The notes beneath the pieces were generated by a model. The model was given only the letters and a program-made list of their open reading frames with translations, was not told the DNA's origin and did not search any database. A DNA stretch of 64,000 nt from Nageia nagi (Eukaryota; Plantae; Pinophyta), in assembly GCA_050084985.1 (NCBI GenBank), contig JBITNC010000001.1, positions 74,090,001-74,154,000 of the forward strand, in the 5' to 3' direction. Below, piece after piece: positions 1 through 12,019 of this stretch (its first letter is position 1; each line of letters begins with the position of its first letter). A program made the translations under genes and the position numbers.

Positions 1-3000
1 TTCCAAAAGATGAAGGTGAACTTTGAATCCCTATCTAATATTATCACCTTAGGGAATCCATGTAATCTCAAAATTTCATTAGAAAGCATATTTGACATAG
101 TGGGGGCATCATCAATGGCATTGCCAGGTATAAAATGTGCTACCTTGGTCACTCTATCAACCACTAATATAATTAAGTTATGATGGAACCTAGTTTTTGA
201 AAAACCAATAATGAAATCCATCAAAATTACTTGCCATTTCTATGTAAGAACATCATGTGGATATAAGTATCCACCTAGATACTAATATTTTGCCTTCACT
301 TTTTGACATTCAAGACATCTTACCACAAATTCTACTATATTCCTTTTCATGCCATCCTAATAAAAACATTTCTTTAGGTCTTCTCTCATCTTTGTACCTC
401 TTAGATGTGCTACATATGAGGGATGATGGATTTCTTGCATGATCAAACTTCTTAAATTTTCCTTCTTTGGAATGATCAATTTGTTCTCAAAAATAAATAA
501 TTCTATATTTTTTTAGCAAAATCTTGGGATGATGAGGTACCTTTCCCTATAAATTCTTGAATAGATTTATAATATAGATCATCTTGCTACAAAACCTTCT
601 CTTTATCACAATCAAATTGATTTCTTATTATGGGATGGATATATCATCTATAACTTAGGGCATATTCTACTTTATTCTCTTTTTCCTTAATGTACTCAAT
701 GCTAAAGTCATAATTGATTATAAATTCCATTCATTACCTTTGCTTGGCATTTAGATCTGGCTAAGTGAACAAATATTTCAAACTTTGATGATCTATTTCA
801 TGTTTGAAGGGCTTTGCCAATGAATAGTGTTGCCACATCTTGAGTGCATGAACTATAGCTGCCAACTTGAGATCTTGAGTTGCATAATTTAGCTCATGAG
901 TTCTCAGTTTTTTAGATTCAAATGCTACTAGGTTTCCATTTTTATGATAACACACCACTCAATCCTTCTAGTGAAGCATCTATACATACTAAAAAAATTA
1001 CTATGTGGGTCAGGGATAGTGAGAACTAATGATGTGGTAAGCTTTTCTCTTAAGGTTGCAAAAGCTTTCTCATATTTTTCTATGCATTTGAATACCTTAT
1101 TCTTTTTTTGAATACTAGTAATGGTATTGGCTATTTTCCAAAATATTTGATAATATTTGGCTAATACCATAAAAATCATTACCTCAATCACATTTATTGG
1201 TGCAAGATAACTCATTATTGCTTCCATTTTCTTTGGATCAACTAATATTCCTTTTGTAGAGATGATGTGGCATAGATACTGAATTTGGGAAACATAGAAG
1301 TATCATTTTGATAATTTTCCATATAACTAATTTATTCTTAACACTTATAGAGCCATTATCAGATGATGATTATGCTCCTCCTCATTTATTGAATATATGA
1401 GGATGTCATCCAAAACTACTAGCACAAACTTATTTAGGTACTCTCGATAGACACTATTTTTATTCATGAATGCTACAAGAGCATTCATTAACCCAAAAGG
1501 TAATACCACAATATCATAGTGTCCATACCTAGTTCTAAAATTTTCTTTATGATGGAACCTAGTTTTTGAAAAACCAACAATGAAATCCATTGAAATTACT
1601 TACCATTTCTATGTAAGAACATCATGTGGATATAAGTATCCACCTAGATGCTAATATTTTGCCTTCACTTTTTGACATTCAAGACATCTTACCACAAATT
1701 CTACTATATCCCTTTTTATGCCATCCTAATAAAAACATTTCTTTAGGTCTTCTCTCATCTTTATACCTCTTACATGTGCTACATACGAGGGATGATGGAT
1801 TTCTTGCATGATCAAACTTCTTAAATTTTCCTTCTTTGGAATGATCAATTTGTTTTCAAAATAAATAATTCTATATTTTTTAGCAAAATATTAGGATGAT
1901 GAGGTACTGTTCCCTATAAATTCTTGAATAGATTTACAATACAGATCTTATTAGTACAAAACCTTCACTTCATCATAATCAAATTGATTTCTTATTATGG
2001 CATGGATATGTCATCTACTACTTAGGGCATATTCTACTTTATTATCTTTTTCCTTAATGTATTCAATGCCAAAGTCATACTTGATTAGGAATTCCATTCA
2101 TTACCTTTGCTTGGCATTTAGATCTGGCTAAGTGAACAAATATTTCAAACTTTGATGATCTATTTCATGTTTGAAGGGCTTTCCTAATGAATAGTGTTGC
2201 CACATCTTGAGTGCATGAACTATAGCTACCAACTCGAGATCATGAGTTGCATAATTCAGCTCATGAGTTCTTAGTCTTTTAGATTCAAATGCTACTAGGT
2301 TTCCATTTTGTGATAACACACCACCCAATCCTTCTAGTGAAGCATCTATACATACTAAAAATTACTATGTGGGTCAGGGATGGTGAGAACTAATGATGTG
2401 GTAAGCTTTTCTCTTAAGGTTGCAAAAGCTTTCTCATATTTTTCTATGCATTTGAATACCTTATTCTTTTTTTTAATACTAGTGATGGTATTGGCTATTT
2501 TCCAAAAATATTTGATAATATTTAGCTAATACCATAAAAATCATTACCTTAATCACATTTATTGGTGCAAGATAACTCATTATTGCTTCCATTTTCTTTG
2601 GATCAACTAAGATTCCTTTTGTAGAGATGATATGGCCTAGATACTAAATTTAGGAAACATAGAAGTCTCATTTTGATAATTTTCCATATAACTAATTTAT
2701 TCTTAACACTTCTAGAGCCATTATCAGATGATGATTATGCTCCTCTTCATTTATTGAATATATGAGAATGTCATCCAAAAGTACTAGCACAAACTTATTT
2801 AGGTACTCTCAATAGACATTATTTATTATATTCATGAATGCTACAAGAGCATTCATTAACCCAAAAGGTAATACCATAAACTCATAGTGTCCATACCTAG
2901 TTCTAAAATTTGCTTTATGAGTATTTGATACCTTAATTCTTAATTAGTGGTATCATAATCTCAAATCTATGTTTGAGAAAATAGCAACATCTTTGACTTG

Positions 3001-5130
3001 GTCAAACAAATTATGAATTCTCGGTAATGGATCCCTATTTTTGATGGTGACCTTATTTAGCATCCTATATTCAATATAGAACCTTATAGTTCCATATTTA
3101 TTTTTCAAAAATAACATAGGAGTGCCCCATGGTGATACAATAGGTTTTATCAACCATTTTTCTACTAAATCTTGTAGTTGTATCCTCAACTCTTGCATCT
3201 TGATAATGTTCATCCTATATAGGGTTCTAGAAATAGGTTTTGCTTTAGGTACTAAATCTATTAAGAAATCAAATACTCATTTTGGGGGTAATACTAATAG
3301 ATCTTTAAGGAATACATATTTGTATTCTTTTTAGCATAAGGTACTTATTTAGCAAGTCTACCTTCTTATCCTCTTGTTCATCTTCTTTAACTTTGATTGT
3401 GTATATCATCTCTCTCTTTCTTATTCCTCTTTTAACTTGCATGGCTATGATCAAGTAAGGGTCAAAAAGGCCCTTGATCATTGTACACCCTATATTGATT
3501 TTGAGATACATTTATGTATTCTATACATCTCTCTTGGAATTCAATTAGAGCTTGTTTACCATCAACCAATCCATGCCTTAAATGATTTCATAAGAGGCTA
3601 AGTGAACCACATACAAATCCCACATAATAGATCCCTTAGGTATTTCTATTTGAACATCCCTAAAATATTGTTTAATAGGGTATTTCTTTTTAGATCCAAA
3701 CTCCACTTGCCATCCATTTGTCAAAATGTTCAATGCCTTTGACATGTATTCAAATAAGGAATTTGAAATGAAACTATATATAGCACCATAATCTATCAAA
3801 AATCTAAAACATATATTAGAAATTTTACCAAATATTTGAAGAGGTGTGGCTTGTCCTTTAATCTATGTTGATCTAGTAGCTAGAAAGATTCAATGTTCTT
3901 TAGGCTAATATGCCTTCAAGGGACACTAATTGGAATAGTGAGCTCCACCATAATTCCAACATCCATCTCTAGGGACCATCTTTTGTTTTGTAAACATGTA
4001 CTTAGATGCATTTACTCTTTGTTTGGGGAATCCTTGGCTTCCATTCTCAAGGTCAAAGTTTTTCCTATGGAATGGCTGATTTTTCTTCTAAAATTCCTTT
4101 TTCTTGTTATTCCATTCTCAAATGACCTTTTCTTAAATTTGGGTAGGTTCACATCATTATAACTATGGTTATTTTACTTGATCCTTTTATTTCTTTTCTA
4201 CTATGATTTATGCTCTCCACTTTTACTCTTTTGATAGATTTTCTTATCTTTTTCATCTGAAAGACTATAATTTACAAAGGTTTTTTTGATACCTAAATTG
4301 GTTTCTTCCCTTTTTACGAGGTCATATGCTTCTTCAAGCATTTTAGGGCTTAATATATTTACCATAGTCTTGACATTTTGATCTAACCCAACAATAAACC
4401 TATGAACCTTCTTATGGTTCTTATCTTCAGGAACATATTTGCGCATCTTGACAAATTTCTTATGATAGCTTTGGATAATCATAGATCCTTGTTGCAAGAT
4501 ATAGTACTCTTCATACTTCCTATCATAGTATGTTTGGGGAATGAATATTTTGTAAAATACTACAACAAATTCTATCCATTTGAGGTACTAAGCCCTATAG
4601 TCAATCTTGTAGTCATTCCACCATTCTAGTGCAATATCCAAAAAATTATAGGTAGCCCATATACTTTTGGATTTTAGAGACAAGTTCTTCATTGAGAAGT
4701 ATGTCTCTACTTCTTATAACTATATTTTAGCTTTTTCTTCCTCTTGATTATTGTTAAACTATGGGATCTAGAATTTATTAATATCTAAAGCAACTTCTTG
4801 TTCAATTCTTCCTTGAATTTGGTCATTTTTCCCTTTAGGCCTTTCTTGCTTTCACATAGATTCTTTTCTTGGAATTTCAATTCATTGATTTAGTAGATTA
4901 TTTAGAATCTCTTATTTTTTTGATACATACTCTTGTAATTTTTTGATGGCTTCATCACCTTCATTGTTCCACATGGAACGACTCATAGAACTCTCATTTT
5001 CATTATTGGAATTTTGCATTATATTCCTTATATTTTGACCTCTAACATTCCTTCTATTTTCCCTTGTATTAGAATTTCTAGCACCTTGTGGTAGGTTACC
5101 TTAAGCTCTTGTTACATGTCTTGAAATTTC
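1..5130 (-). pseudogene. gag-pol polyprotein of the Tekay-like element (many stops and frameshifts)
   Basis: ORF fragments 4201-4497, 3578-3799, 2953-3213, 2128-2328, 1345-1590, 928-1227 and 761-958 carry gag/PR/RT/RH/INT motifs. Confidence 0.9.
178..2920. repeat. Direct tandem duplication of ~1369 bp of pol (copies 178-1546 and 1547-2914)
   Basis: Near-identical sequence offset by 1369 bp (e.g. duplicated ORFs 257..442 and 1626..1811). TTATGA at 178-183, 1547-1552 and 2915-2920 marks the boundaries. Confidence 0.95.
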
Positions 5131-5249
5131 CATAATCTAATTCCACATAATTATGTTATCATTAGGCTTAAGTATCCTCATCTTGACTTCCTAAACTCTT
5201 ACAGTAAAAGAGTTGTAGATGATAGGACCAAGAGTTCAAATTGATGTTT

Positions 5250-5257
5250 TGATACCA
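5250..5257 (-). promoter_or_regulatory. Primer-binding site (tRNA-Met-i, TGGTATCA)
   Basis: TGATACCA on + strand, 1 nt from the LTR terminus TG at 5259. Confidence 0.85.
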
Positions 5258-6233
5258 ATGTAATGCTACCACCTATTTCGTGATAATATTTCCACCTATT
5301 CCAAACATCCCAAACCCTAAAATTTTAGATCTATTTTTTGGTTTAGTTTAAACACTCAAATATTCTAGGAATGGACAAGGTGATTCATATGAGCATATAA
5401 ATGTTGTTAGCTAATCAACACTCACATGGCAAGATTGGCCAAATTTGAACTATCCAATCTTGATCATGATCCTTTTGGTGTTCACTTCTCAATGTTCATC
5501 CCATTAGAAGATGCCCCTTGAGTGATCCCACCATTTTTGCACATAAACTATGTAACAAACATTTAGGTCATTGCATAGTGGTTTCCTACTCGAGGCCCAT
5601 ATCACCTAAGAGAAAGCTCTTCCACTAGGTTATTCTTATTTTTGATATAACCCTTTTGATTCATGGGAATAGATAGATTATCCTATACAATATCCCAAAT
5701 GAAATGGGCAAGCATCATCACCTATGGAATAGTTTTCATACTCCTATTTTCTACTGCAAGTAGTATGACTACTAATTACCCTTACCTAGTAACCATTTTT
5801 TTATCAACTTCTACCCTCATGTGATATTGTATCAAGGGTATGAGATACCAACCTTCTCATATCTATTGGCTAGGCTCACCATGGAGATTGGTATCATCAT
5901 GCCCATATCTTAGGGAGACATGGGGATTGGAGAAATACCCTCAAGTGGTTTATATAATTTAATAATTTTTAAACAAGGTTATAAGAAAATAACCCACCCC
6001 ATATCCTATCAATCCTAGAAATAATTGATTCCAAATGAATTATTAAGTTTTCTAGGTTTCATGCTTGTATCAAGCATCAAGATGTTGGTTTGATCTAAAA
6101 TTCATGGTAAATAAATAAACTTTCACATTTAAAACAAACTAATAAATTTATCATCATATGTAAGAAGATTCATTTCAAACTTGTTCAGGACATCACTAGG
6201 AATATTCTAAAATACTATAATTATCCCATATAG

Positions 6234-6619
6234 TGTTATGATTCTGCTAGATCTTAAATAAAATAATGCAAAAATAATAACAAGATTTCTAGCTTTTCAA
6301 TGAAATAAGAGTAGATCTGCAAACTCATCAATATTCAATAAATAATAGAACTTGAATTTGCAAATGAAAACATTGAATCATAATAGCTTTACTAAATAAT
6401 ATCTAAATTGCTAGCCGCTTCGAGGGGGCTTCATCCTTACACTTCAAATCCAAAAATATGAGCTAAATGATGACATTCTCAAGCCGTACAACATCTTTAT
6501 ATGATACTAACCCTAACCCTAATCCACCTTACTAATAATTATGGTATTCACATTACAATTTGGTTACATCATAACTATACTACTAATATAATTAAATGTT
6601 AGGATGTGGGATCCTAACA
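6234..6619 (-). repeat. 3' LTR of the Reina-like element
   Basis: Colinear with 11634-12019: 30 mismatches in 386 bp by hand count, no indels. Confidence 0.97.
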
Positions 6620-6649
6620 TGCCACCCCTCTTAGAACAAAGCTTTGTGC

Positions 6650-9600
6650 TCAAAGCTTAAATTTAGGAAATTGTATCGATAGTTGATGTAGCACTTCCCA
6701 AGTTGCATCTTTAGGTTCAATTAGCATGGAGCCATCTTCTGCTAACTTTGGTAACTATGTTTGAATCTATACCTAGGAACCACCCACTCTTTTAAGACAA
6801 GAGACATGAAAAATTGGATGGATTCTAGAAGCAATCAGCAACTCCAACTTGTAGGTAGTAGGTCCAATGCGCTGAAGAACTTTATAAGGCCCGTAGAATT
6901 TTGGAGCCAACTTTTGCAATCCTTTGATCTTAAGGGATTTTTTTCTATAAGGCTGAAGTTGTAAGAATACCATGTCACCCTCTTGAAATTCTCTCTCAAC
7001 TCTTTGTTGATCAACTTATTTCTTCATACGATGTTGTGTAGCTTATAGGTTTTCCTTGAGCAAATAAAGAATACCATCTCAGTTAATCAACTCTGAATCA
7101 ACTACTAGCACATTCCTACTACTTACCACATAAGATGACACTGTAAGGGGTGCCTGTCCATACAATGCTTCATAGGGAGTCATCTTGATTAAGGAATGGT
7201 ATGAAGAATTGTACCACCATTCGGCTAATGGGAGCCATTTTACCTAATGAATTGGTTGTACTGAAGCAAAGCAATGTAAATAAGTCTCTAAACACTTATT
7301 GACAATTTCTATTTGACCATTAGTTTGGGGGTGATAGGCTGAACTCATGTTGAGTTGGGTTTCTTGAAGCTTAAAAAATTCCCTCCAAAAATGACTAGTG
7401 AAGGTTGGATCACGATCACTGACAATAGTCTTTGGCATGCCATGAAGTTTGAAAATATTATCCATAAATAGTTGAGCCACATTGATGGCCTTATAGGGAT
7501 GGGATAAAGAATAGAAATGTGCATATTTAGATAATCGATCCACCACCACCATGATAACTGATTTTCCATGTGATTTTGGAAGGTCATCAATAAAGTCCAT
7601 TGAAATATCTGTCCATGTATGCTCTAGAATGGGAAGCAGTTGGAGGAGGCCTGGAGTGCCTATTATTTCCCCTTTCTATCATTGACACACATCACATTCA
7701 GCTACAAACTATTTAATATCATGTTTCATGCCAACCCAATAAAATGATCTAGCCATGCACTTGTAGGTCTTCAAGAAACCAGAGTGTCTTGCAATTGGTG
7801 TAGAATGCGATTCATGTAGTATCGCTTCTTGACACTACGACTATGATGGTACCATTATCCTACCCTTGAATCTTAAAATTTCATTACTCCATGTATGATG
7901 GGGTTTTAGTGTAGGGTTAACTTTGAGTTGTTGAATCAACTCCTAGATAGAACTATCAGCAAGCCACTTCTATTTAACCATATCCATCCATTGTGAAACT
8001 GGTCAAGAAAAAGCTTGCAAGGTAGGTTGGTCTTCAAATTTTCATGATAAAGCATCAGTAACCACATTTTCTTTACCCTTGTGATACATTATGTCATAAT
8101 CATACCCCAAAAGTTTTATGACCCATTTATGTTTCTCAGGAGTTGAGATTCGTTGTTCCAAGAAGTACTTCAGGCTATGATGGTCTGTAAGGATGAGGAA
8201 GTGTCGACCAATTAGGTATGGTCACCATCATTGCACTGCATGAATGATAACCATCATTTCTTTTTCATATGTTGACCTTCCCAAATTTTTTCCTGATAGT
8301 GCCTTACTGGTAAAAGCTAGAGGTCTTCCTTCTTGCATCAAAACTGCACCAATTCCCACACCACAAGCATCACTTTCAATGATAAATGTTTTTGAGAAGT
8401 CTGGCATGGCTAAGATAGGAGTAGAACACATTTCCCCTTTTAACTTATTAAAAGCATCCTCTACTTGAGGTGACCAACTGAATGCATTCTTTTTCAATAG
8501 GGTTGTCAATGGTGCTGCTATTTTACCATAGTCTTTTACAAACTTATGGTAACACCCAATCAATCCAAGGAATCCTTGTAAACTTCATAGAGACTTAGGG
8601 GCACTCCAATTTTGCATTTCTTGAATTTTATGGGGATTCACCTTGAACACTTCCTCTAAAATAATATGCCCCAAATACTCAACCTCAATCTTCCCAAAGG
8701 AACATTTTGACTCCTTAGCATACAACTGGTTGGCATGCATAAATTGTATAGTCTACATGTGCCACATGTTCTTCCCAAGTTTTGTTATAAACTAGAATGT
8801 CATCAAAGAAAACCAGAATGAATTTTCTAAGAAATGGATGGAAGATATGATTCATTAAATTTTGGAAGGTAGAGGGTGCATTTGTAAGACCAAACGGCAT
8901 CACCAGAAATTCATAATTGCCATCATGAGTGCAAAAAGTAGTTTTTGGGATATCTTCCTCCTTGAGTCAAATCTGATGATACCCTGACCGCAAGTCTAAT
9001 TTTGAAAAATATTTGGCCCCATGTCACTCATCCAACAATTCATCAATAACTGGGATAGGAAACTTATCCTTCATAGTGATTTTGTTAAGAGCTCGAAAGT
9101 ATACACACATCCACCATGAACCATCTTTTCTACAAACCAAAATCATAGGAGAAGAATAGGGACTTACACTGGGTCTTATGATTCCTGCTTCCAACATTTC
9201 CTAGACCAATCTTTCAATTTCATTTTTCTACAAGTAGGGATATTGATATGGTCTAATGTTTGGTGGTAGACTACTAGGAATCAATTGGATGGCATGATCA
9301 TGAGAATGATGAGGAGGCAACCCCGTAGGCTCTTCAAAGATATCTTTATGTTGATCCACCAACTATTGCAATGCATTAGACTCCCCCACTTCTAATTCCA
9401 TGGACTAAATAAAAAATAATTGGGCCATCATTCCCTTCCCACTTCGACGAAGGATCTTTTCCATATGATGTGAACTCACAACAAGTGAAGGTCCTACTTG
9501 TAACCCTATGAGAGTATACTCTTGTCCCCCAATTGTGAACTTCATCCAAAGTTCTACAAAATCCCATAAGATTGGTCCCAAAGTTCTAAGCCATTGTGCC

Positions 9601-10954
9601 CCTAAGACAATGTCACATCCACCTAAGGATAATGTATACATGTCACTCTTCAAGGTGTAGTGACCCATATTGAGCTTGACATTACGACAAGTTCCCTTGC
9701 ATGCTATCTTTCCTCCATTTCCAATCATTACCTCAAAGTTATTAGTAGGATGTATGTAGCAATTGGCATCTCATGCTACTCATGGATCAATGAAGTTGTG
9801 TTTACTTCCAGAATCTAGCAACATAATGAGAGTTTTCTTTTTGAAGGATCCTTTAACCTTCATGTTTTATGGAGAAGAAATTATGGCAAGAGCATTAAGT
9901 GAAATTTTGGGAGTATCTTCATTGGTGTTACAAGTTTCAGTGGCCTCTTCCTCTATTTCAACCTCCTCATCATCAGATTGGTCATTGGGAGCATTTGCAT
10001 TCAATAAGTATAATTTTTGTGTGGTGCATCAATGGCTTGGTCCAAACTTCTCATCATAATTATAGCAAAGTCCCTTCTTGCGATGCTCTTCCATTTCTTG
10101 AGGGGTTAACCTCTTAATTTGTAGTGGTCAATCCATTCTTGGAGTTTGAGGATGATGGGGTGGTGTCCCAAACTATTTTCATCCCTAGCAACATTGAGCA
10201 TTGAACTTATCCTTGGCCAACTTTTCCAACCCTATTGCCTCCATCATTGTATTAGGTTTAAACATTTTGACTTTAGTCTTAATTTCCTCCTTTAAGCCAC
10301 TGATAAAACAAATTTTGAAAAAAAATTCATCCAACCTTGTTGTATGATTTGCAAGTTTCTCAAATTGGGTTTGATAGTCTCTTACTGTTGATGTCTGTCA
10401 TAACTTAGTGAGTGCTCCTGTGAAGTCCTCAAAAGTAGTCGACCCAAACCTAACTAGTAGTTATTTTATGAATCCCCCCCAATCAAGATGGCCATTAGTT
10501 CTTTCAAACCACTGATACCATTGAACAACCTCAAGATCCAAATGAAATGAAGCAATGCTAACCTTTTGATCCTTAGGATTTGGTTTAAGGAAAAGTATTG
10601 CTTAGATCGATAGATCCAACTAGTCAAGTCCTCTCCATCGAACCTAGGAAAATCAAGCTTAGTTGTTCTTGGAATAATAGATGCCTGTGGACCTACTTGT
10701 TGGTAGGTATTCCTATTTTGATTAGAACTTCCTTCTGATGAAGTTTATGCCTGTTGTGTTGATTGTGTCAATGTTTGAATTTGGATTATGTTCCTATCTA
10801 GGGCATTATACTTGAGATCCAATCCTGATAACTTTGCATTCAAATCATCAAACATGTCCTTGAGATTTACTCCTCCTAATGTATATTTAATCTATTGAAT
10901 CTCTTGGTCTAAATCCTTCAAGGTTAGGTCTTGAGATCTTCTCCCTTCAGCCAT
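6650..10954 (-). pseudogene. gag-pol polyprotein of the Reina-like element (disrupted)
   Basis: Probable start MAEGRRSQDL at 10954. ORF fragments 9405-9728 (protease region), 8715-8903 (RT), 8228-8563 (RH), 7244-7600 (INT), 6773-6973 (GPY/F). Confidence 0.92.
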
Positions 10955-11633
10955 TTTTATTTTTATTTTTTTATTTACACTTTTTTTTTCAAAGTGGGGC
11001 CCACGGCTGTTTACACTCAACAGTAGGTGGCCACCAAAAATCAACCCTAAAACACACCTTTTTTTTATATTTCTTTCTACTTTATTGTAAGATACTATGA
11101 TTCTAAACTCTAAACTCTAAACTCTAAGCTCTGAATTGATTTACTATAGCACCTTATGCCTCCCAAGTTAATTTTTTTTATTTTATTTTCTATGGAAAAA
11201 TTGAACTAGGGTAAGGTGTGTTTGCTCTATAGGCCTGCCTAAACACCCCTCCTATCCAAATTTTGTAATGAAAGAGGTTTCAAAGATGGCTTCTATGGCG
11301 AGTAACTTCTCAGGGCTAACCGCTTACCAGTGCACTACAGTTTACAAATGGTCGATAGATTCCTACCTAATTCCAATTTTTTTTTCCTAAATGGTCTCTG
11401 ATATACCTTTTAGTACATGGATTCTGATTCTGTATATATATTCTATCTAAGGCCTGGGTATTGATGTAGAGTTTTATGCACCTCACTTCACACACAACTT
11501 TATGTAAAAATGTGCTTAGCCAAAAATGATATATCCTCCATGATATTTTAAAACCTCCAGCATAGGGTTTCTAGCCTAGACTCTAAAAACTATTTTGCAG
11601 TAGAATGGCCCTAGAAAGAGCTCTAATACCACT

Positions 11634-12019
11634 TGTTACGATTCTGCTAGATCTTAAATAAAATAATGCAAAAATAATAATAAGATTTCCAACTTTTTAA
11701 TGAAATAAGAGCAAATCTGCAAACTCATCAATATTCAATAAATAATAGAACTCAAATTTGCAAATGAAAACACTGAATCACAATAGCTTTACTGAATAAG
11801 AGCTGAATCATTAGCTGCTTCGAGGGGGCTTCCTCCTTACACTTCAAATCCAAAAATATGAGCTAAATGATGACATTCTTAAGTCGTACAACATCTTTAT
11901 ATGATACTAACCCTAACCCTAATCCGCCCTAGTAATAATTATGGTATTCACATTACAATCTGCTTAAATCATAAGTATACTACTAATATAATTTAATGTT
12001 AGGATGTGGGATCCTAACA
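11634..12019 (-). repeat. 5' LTR of the Reina-like element
   Basis: TGTTACG...CCTAACA, adjacent to the Met PBS. Confidence 0.97.

Larger units (their letters stand above)
6234..12019 (-). mobile_element. Full-length 5.8-kb Ty3/gypsy chromovirus, Reina-like, nested in an LTR
   Basis: Two 386-bp TG..CA LTRs (6234-6619, 11634-12019). TSD TATAG/TAAAG (4/5 match). PBS TGGTATTAGAGC at 11620-11631 (minus). PPT GAGGGGTGGCA at 6620-6630 (minus). Gag [63 protein letters not shown], chromodomain DATWE. Confidence 0.95.
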
